A stretch of DNA of 64,000 nucleotides from the human T2T-CHM13v2.0 reference genome, Homo sapiens: NCBI RefSeq assembly GCF_009914755.1, contig NC_060930.1; one strand, given 5' to 3'. Each line of letters begins with the position of its first letter. The stretch's first letter is position 1. Position numbers and translations under genes: made by a program. Below the pieces are notes generated by a model. That model was given only the letters and a program-made list of their open reading frames with translations, made no database searches and had not been told where the DNA came from. This document shows positions 57,505-64,000 of the stretch, piece by piece.

Positions 57505-57646
57505 GTCTCAGCTCGCGTACATGGACATAGGGTACTCTGGGAGGAGGTAGTACATTCAGCATCTGCACCAGAGCTTCCAAATACTCAGCTCCAATCTGAG
57601 GCAACCCAACATAAATCTCCAGTGCCCCAAGAGTCACAAGAGAGAG
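57505..57646 (+). CDS. ZKSCAN8: ZKSCAN8 coding exon 2
   Basis: ttccag|GTC; VSARVHGHRVLWEEVV...QER; G|gtgagt; 142 nt. Confidence 0.95.
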
Positions 57647-57846
57647 GTGAGTAGCCAGATTTCATTGATGATAAGGGGGGGAAGTAGAAATAAAAGTCCA
57701 TTTGGGATACCTATCTAGTTCCTGAAGAACCAGGAACTAAAATCCTGTTTACAGACCAGTCCCAAAGTCTGTGTTTAAATGTTTAGGCTTCAAATATAGA
57801 TTATTCTTTCTAGTGGTAAACTCATGAACAAATTAAATAATTTGAC

Positions 57847-57945
57847 TTTTTTTTTTTTAATTTTTTTTCCTTTTATTATTATACTTTAAGTTTTAGGGTA
57901 CATGTGCACATTGTGCAGGTTAGTTACATATGTATACATGTGCCA
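57847..57945 (-). mobile_element. Very short young L1 3' tip
   Basis: poly(T), then attatactttaagttttagggtacatgtgcacattgtgcaggttagttacatatgtatacatgtgccat. Confidence 0.9.
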
Positions 57946-58729
57946 TATTTCTGTTACCACAGTACATTTACAACATACATTTTTGAGGTTATGCTGGTAT
58001 TGTCATGCCACTTTATTTGGAAATATTTCAGTATGTATTTCCTCAGACGAGCATTTCTTAGGTAACTTAAATAAATAAATTCCTAAATTTATCACAATTA
58101 AGAAATGTAGTATTGCTACAATACTAACCTAGGCCATAGTTCATATTTTGACAGTTGCCCCAATTATGTTCTTTCTGGTTCAGAGTCTAGTCTGGCGTCA
58201 CACTTTGTGGTTAGTTGTCATGGCTGTTTAGTCTCCTTTACTTTGGAATAGTTCCTCAACCTTTCTTTTTTTTTGAAGAGTACAGGTGTGTTATTTTGTA
58301 GAATGGCTGCAGTTTGGATTTGCGTGATGTTTGATCATGTTTACATTGAGGTCATATATATTTGGCAGGAACACCTCACCCTGCCAAGGATACATGACCT
58401 AAATCTTAACAAGAGATGTTGTACTCCTTCTTAGGGGTACAACAGGAATTTGTCCTATTATTGGTGGTGTTATCTTTGATGACTTGGTTAAGGTTATTCT
58501 TGCAGGGTTAATCATTGTATAGTTACTATTTTTCCCTTTGTAACTAATAAGTAATTTGTGGAAGATACTCTTGAGTGTATTTAAATATCTTAGTCCTCAT
58601 TAAACTTTGTTGCTAAAACACTAGTTTTAGTGTTCATTGGTACTTCTTGACTGACTTAGTGATTACTAGAATGGTTATGAAATAGTGATTTTCTAACTCT
58701 GTCATTCCTTCTACATTTCTTTATTGTAA

Positions 58730-59143
<414 letters not shown>

Positions 59144-59866
59144 TAAATCATCTCAGATTTGGCCATAGAAGGCCCCTTCAGTCTGGCTCTTGTATCCTCT
59201 TGACATTTTCCCATTGTTTTTTTGAGAATTTTTTTACTTTATTGCAGAATGAGGTGTTCCAGTCTCATCTTCCCCTGCATTTCATATTTTTTCATTAATG
59301 TGATTTAGAGTAGTTTATAAATATGAATTTTTAATATTTCTAAAGAAGCATTAAAACACTTAATACTTCTTGTCTAAAGTCCTAAAGCTTGTTACCTGAG
59401 ATACAGTAATCTATATTTTAATAATAAGCCGTTTAATATCTATAGAAAGCAAATACTGGGAGCCATAGTAGACATTTCAGAAAGGTAATTAATTAATAGA
59501 GACTGGTTGATTCTGATACTTGGTTTGCCAAGAGATTAGGACCTAAGGAAATACTGTATACAGCCACAAAGACAGAAGTAGTTTTGATGGTAGAGAAGAA
59601 ATTGAAAAGCGATTCCTGTTAGGAAACCAGTATACTTTCTATTTTTGAGTGTAACTTCAGTCTGACTTCAGGGACATCGGGGTGCGTATGTTTTGTGGGG
59701 CAGCCATAGATATGGCCCCAGAATCCAAGATATCAGCACTTCATGTGCAAAATCTTTGGCATACATGTATATCTGCTGAAATAAAAATAATTTGGAATGG
59801 GTGAGTGCCAGCTCCCACAACCACAGGACAGGACTGGTCTCATTCATAGCTCCTTTCTCCTCTCAG

Positions 59867-59958
59867 CCATGTCTACTTCCCAGAGTCCTACTCGTTCCCA
59901 GAAAGGAAGTTCTGGAGACCAGGAAATGACAGCTACACTTCTCACAGCAGGGTTCCAG
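59867..59958 (+). CDS. ZKSCAN8: ZKSCAN8 coding exon 3
   Basis: tctcag|CC; AMSTSQSP...TAGFQ; cag|gtgagt; 92 nt. Confidence 0.93.
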
Positions 59959-60282
59959 GTGAGTTGTGCTCCTTCTCACTGAAACGCCATAGCTGTGCTT
60001 GTCAGTGTTTGTGGCATCTGCCCTATATCTTGACTGTCTAGTTTGTAGCAGTACCTACCCAAAAAGTTGTCCCAAAAATTCTTTTGCCTAGGGACAGATT
60101 GATCCTGAATTTCCCCCAGTAAATCTCATGCATTTTCCTCTTCTTCCTAGCTATTCAGATCCCTTTACATAGTACATTCCCAAGTTGTAATTCTCTCCCA
60201 ATACTGGTGGATCTCTCAAGCTCTATAGGTTTGAGCTGTGGAACAGTCCCAGTCCCCAAATGGGGATCTTGTTTTGTTTCAG

Positions 60283-60406
60283 ACTTTGGAGAAGATTGAA
60301 GACATGGCTGTGTCCCTTATTCGAGAGGAGTGGCTTCTTGATCCATCACAGAAGGATCTGTGTAGAGATAACAGGCCAGAAAATTTCAGAAACATGTTCT
60401 CCCTGG
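60283..60406 (+). CDS. ZKSCAN8: ZKSCAN8 coding exon 4 (divergent KRAB-A)
   Basis: tttcag|ACT; TLEKIEDMAVSLIREEWLLDPSQKDLCRDNRPENFRNMFSL; G|gtaagg; 124 nt. Confidence 0.94.
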
Positions 60407-61025
60407 GTAAGGAGAGGTGTGGTTATTATTGTCATTTTAGATTTTTTGTTTGTTTGTTGTTTATGTGTATAGTAGCTACAGCCTTTCTGAAAGACATAGT
60501 TAAGTTTAACTCAGGATCCAGCAGAGGGATATGATGTTGAGATTTCTTGAAATCTTACGTGAAACTTTTGTTCTCCTGTCCAGAACTTCCTTACATTTTG
60601 TACCAGGGTACTGGCGTTTTTGCCAGTTGGAAATTGACATCTCAGAGGTGCTCTCTGAGTTCATATATTTCTTCTCCAAGTTGTCATGGGATTCCTACAT
60701 ATATTTTTCTCACATAAATTAATTGTATCTCCTCCCTTTTGATGACTGGGCATTTTCCCATTTCTGTCCTGCTCATTAGTTCTTTTAGTAGTTCCATATT
60801 CCTCTCCCCAACTTTCACCTCACTTCAGTTCATCCTTTCCTGACTTTAGTTCCCCTTCCAATTAACTCTCTTTTTTTAATGGTACCTCTTTCCCAGTTGA
60901 CTAGCTCATATTAAGCAAGGTCACTATTAAGAAGCTATTTTGGAGACAGAAGTTTTGTGTTTACTTATAGCTGTTCATGTGTACTTTCCTTTTCCCCTAT
61001 CTTCAGTTCCTTTCTCCTAGCATAA

Positions 61026-62039
<1,014 letters not shown>

Positions 62040-63089
62040 GAACAACATCAGTTAGAGTTTGAGCATTATTCAGCATTAGGGAAACCACACACTGGTGAGA
62101 GGTCTTTCAGTGTACTAAAAGGCAGAAAGGTCATCACAACTTTAGTGTCAGAATCTATAGTGGTGGCAAAGTTAGGATAGCTCTTTAGTAATTTGGGCCC
62201 AGTGCCTTGGTGAAGGTTGATTAGCTTGACTGTCTTTGAAAGTATCTGATGGAGCTCCTGATGACCTAATGTATCCTTTAGAAATTTAAAATAGCATTAG
62301 AGCAAGTTGCTTGTCATGGCTTGAAGAGCTTAACTTTGTCTTTTGGGTGAGTAGCTATAGGTTTGAGAGAGGCTGGCTACTCCTAGTTCCTGTGCTTCTT
62401 CCCATCTCCTGTGATCCCCCTCTCCCATTTATTCCCTTGAAGGTGCCCTTGTATTCCTAATCTGATCTAAGAAGCTGCTGTAGAGTCAGAAGTAGCTTCT
62501 GTGTGAAACTTATATTTGTATGTAGCTTTCTAGGAAAATTTTACAGACACTTAAAGTATTTATGCTTAAGTGTGCATTTTTTTATTCTAATATTCCTTCT
62601 AGTCAGTGGAAATTTGTATTCCCATACAAACTCAGAATGCTATATTTTTAACAGCACTCCAGCATTTTTCTTCATGTATCACCTTCACTGACTCCATTGA
62701 GTCATTGAGCATCTGTACATATCCTTCACCACCCCCAGTCCCAGCACCTGTGTCAGTAAAGAAAGTGGACACATTAGTAATGGTTATGGGAGTAATACAG
62801 AGAAAGAGGTGAGTGGAGACTCAGCCCAGCTGCTCTTGAGCTTGGATAGTTATACATTTTGGTGACTTCTGACTCTCCTTCCACCTCCCCACTGTACACT
62901 GTGGTACAGATAGTTGGCACTATCCTAGTTATGGCATCAGGTAGGAGAAGGAGACGAAGATGCTTTAGGAAGATAAAAACCTTACAAAGAATGTATACTC
63001 ATCTTTTTTGGCCCATTACAATACTGCTTTCTCAGGTTCTTAACAGCCTGTGCAAACTCCCTGACTAGATGGTCTGTCACTCCTATCAT

Positions 63090-63290
63090 TACCTTGCACC
63101 CATCTCTTTAGATGGCCTCAGCACCTCACTCGTTATTCTCCATCTGTTTCTTGCCATTAGTTTATATGACTTTAATATCCACAGTGGTAATCTAATACCT
63201 TACCTCACAGGTTTTCATTCTTTTGAACTCTGGTGCACTCCATCTGTAATCCATGTCTATAATCTACCAACAAAGATGTACTCTTAAACT
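63090..63290 (+). mobile_element. Possible ancient L2 endonuclease fragment in the ZKSCAN8 3'UTR region
   Basis: Translation contains AISLYDFNIH, resembling the LINE APE endonuclease motif IILGDFNIH. Confidence 0.35.
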
Positions 63291-64000
63291 CAGTATCACC
63301 AGGCACTATATTTCATCTTTGAGGCTTTTGTTATACCAAGGAATACTATATAAAGTAATGAGACTGGTTTAAAGTAACATGCCAGAACTTACGCATCCAA
63401 TGTGGGTTGTCACTTGTTATTCCCAAGTACTATTATTCCATACTACTATATTCTTCCAAATATTTGGAACACTCTTAGAATTCCCATTTAATAAACCATA
63501 TGAGAAAACCCTCTATTACTCTTACACTTTAGTTTTACCATTTGAGTAGCCACTTATTCACCAGAGTTGGAATTGAGAAATTTTGGGCTTTCCAAAATTA
63601 ACCTTTAAACTTAAAATTGATTACATTGAGCCTATTCAGAAAAAAAATTATATAGGTTCTGATGAAAGCTTCATAATTTCACCCTGTGACTATCCTGAAA
63701 AGAAATAATAATCATTTTATGATTGATGGGCCAAAAAAAGCAATCAAAGTCTTACGTCATAGAGGACCACCTTTTGGATCATAAATTCTTTCCCTATAAC
63801 ATTCCTTCTCTGCCTCTCTATGGCCCACTTTGACCACTAACAACATCAGAATTATCTACATCAATTTCATTGAGCCATTGGTGAATGAAGACACCCATCA
63901 CTTGTCATGTTGGTTTCCAACAGTCCTTTCGATTATCCTTTATTTTCTTATCCTCCCTTCTCTTGTTTCTTTTATTTATAAGTTACCATTCCTAGTTTCT

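Overview
Primate (very probably human chr6p22.1) SCAN-domain C2H2 zinc-finger gene cluster, recognised from the proteins. Two intact + strand genes reconstruct with GT-AG introns: ZSCAN16 (348 aa, SCAN plus 4 fingers) and ZKSCAN8/ZNF192 (578 aa, SCAN, divergent KRAB-A, 9 fingers). There are four CpG-rich ETS-motif promoter regions (~12.8, 32.6, 44.9 and 49.9 kb); the 44.9 kb one fits the antisense lncRNA ZSCAN16-AS1. The first 25 kb holds dead paralogues: a SCAN pseudogene at 0.36-1.3 kb (probably ZSCAN12P1), a minus-strand fossil finger array at ~5.1-5.6 kb matching the ZSCAN16 fingers, and a complete SCAN-KRAB-ZNF pseudogene at 12.8-24.6 kb that can be rebuilt exon by exon, with two Alus inside former coding exons and a still CpG-rich promoter. 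The rest is mostly Alu, L1, L2, MIR, LTR and hAT repeats. Notable non-gene structures are a 163-bp inverted duplication at 25.3-25.8 kb, a fold-back plus 103-bp copy from 3.2 kb away at 29.1 kb, and an L1 with two internal inverted blocks, all resembling template-switch repair scars. I find no new enzymatic or prokaryotic-type system. Pseudogene and lncRNA symbols and repeat subfamily names come from memory, not a database search.
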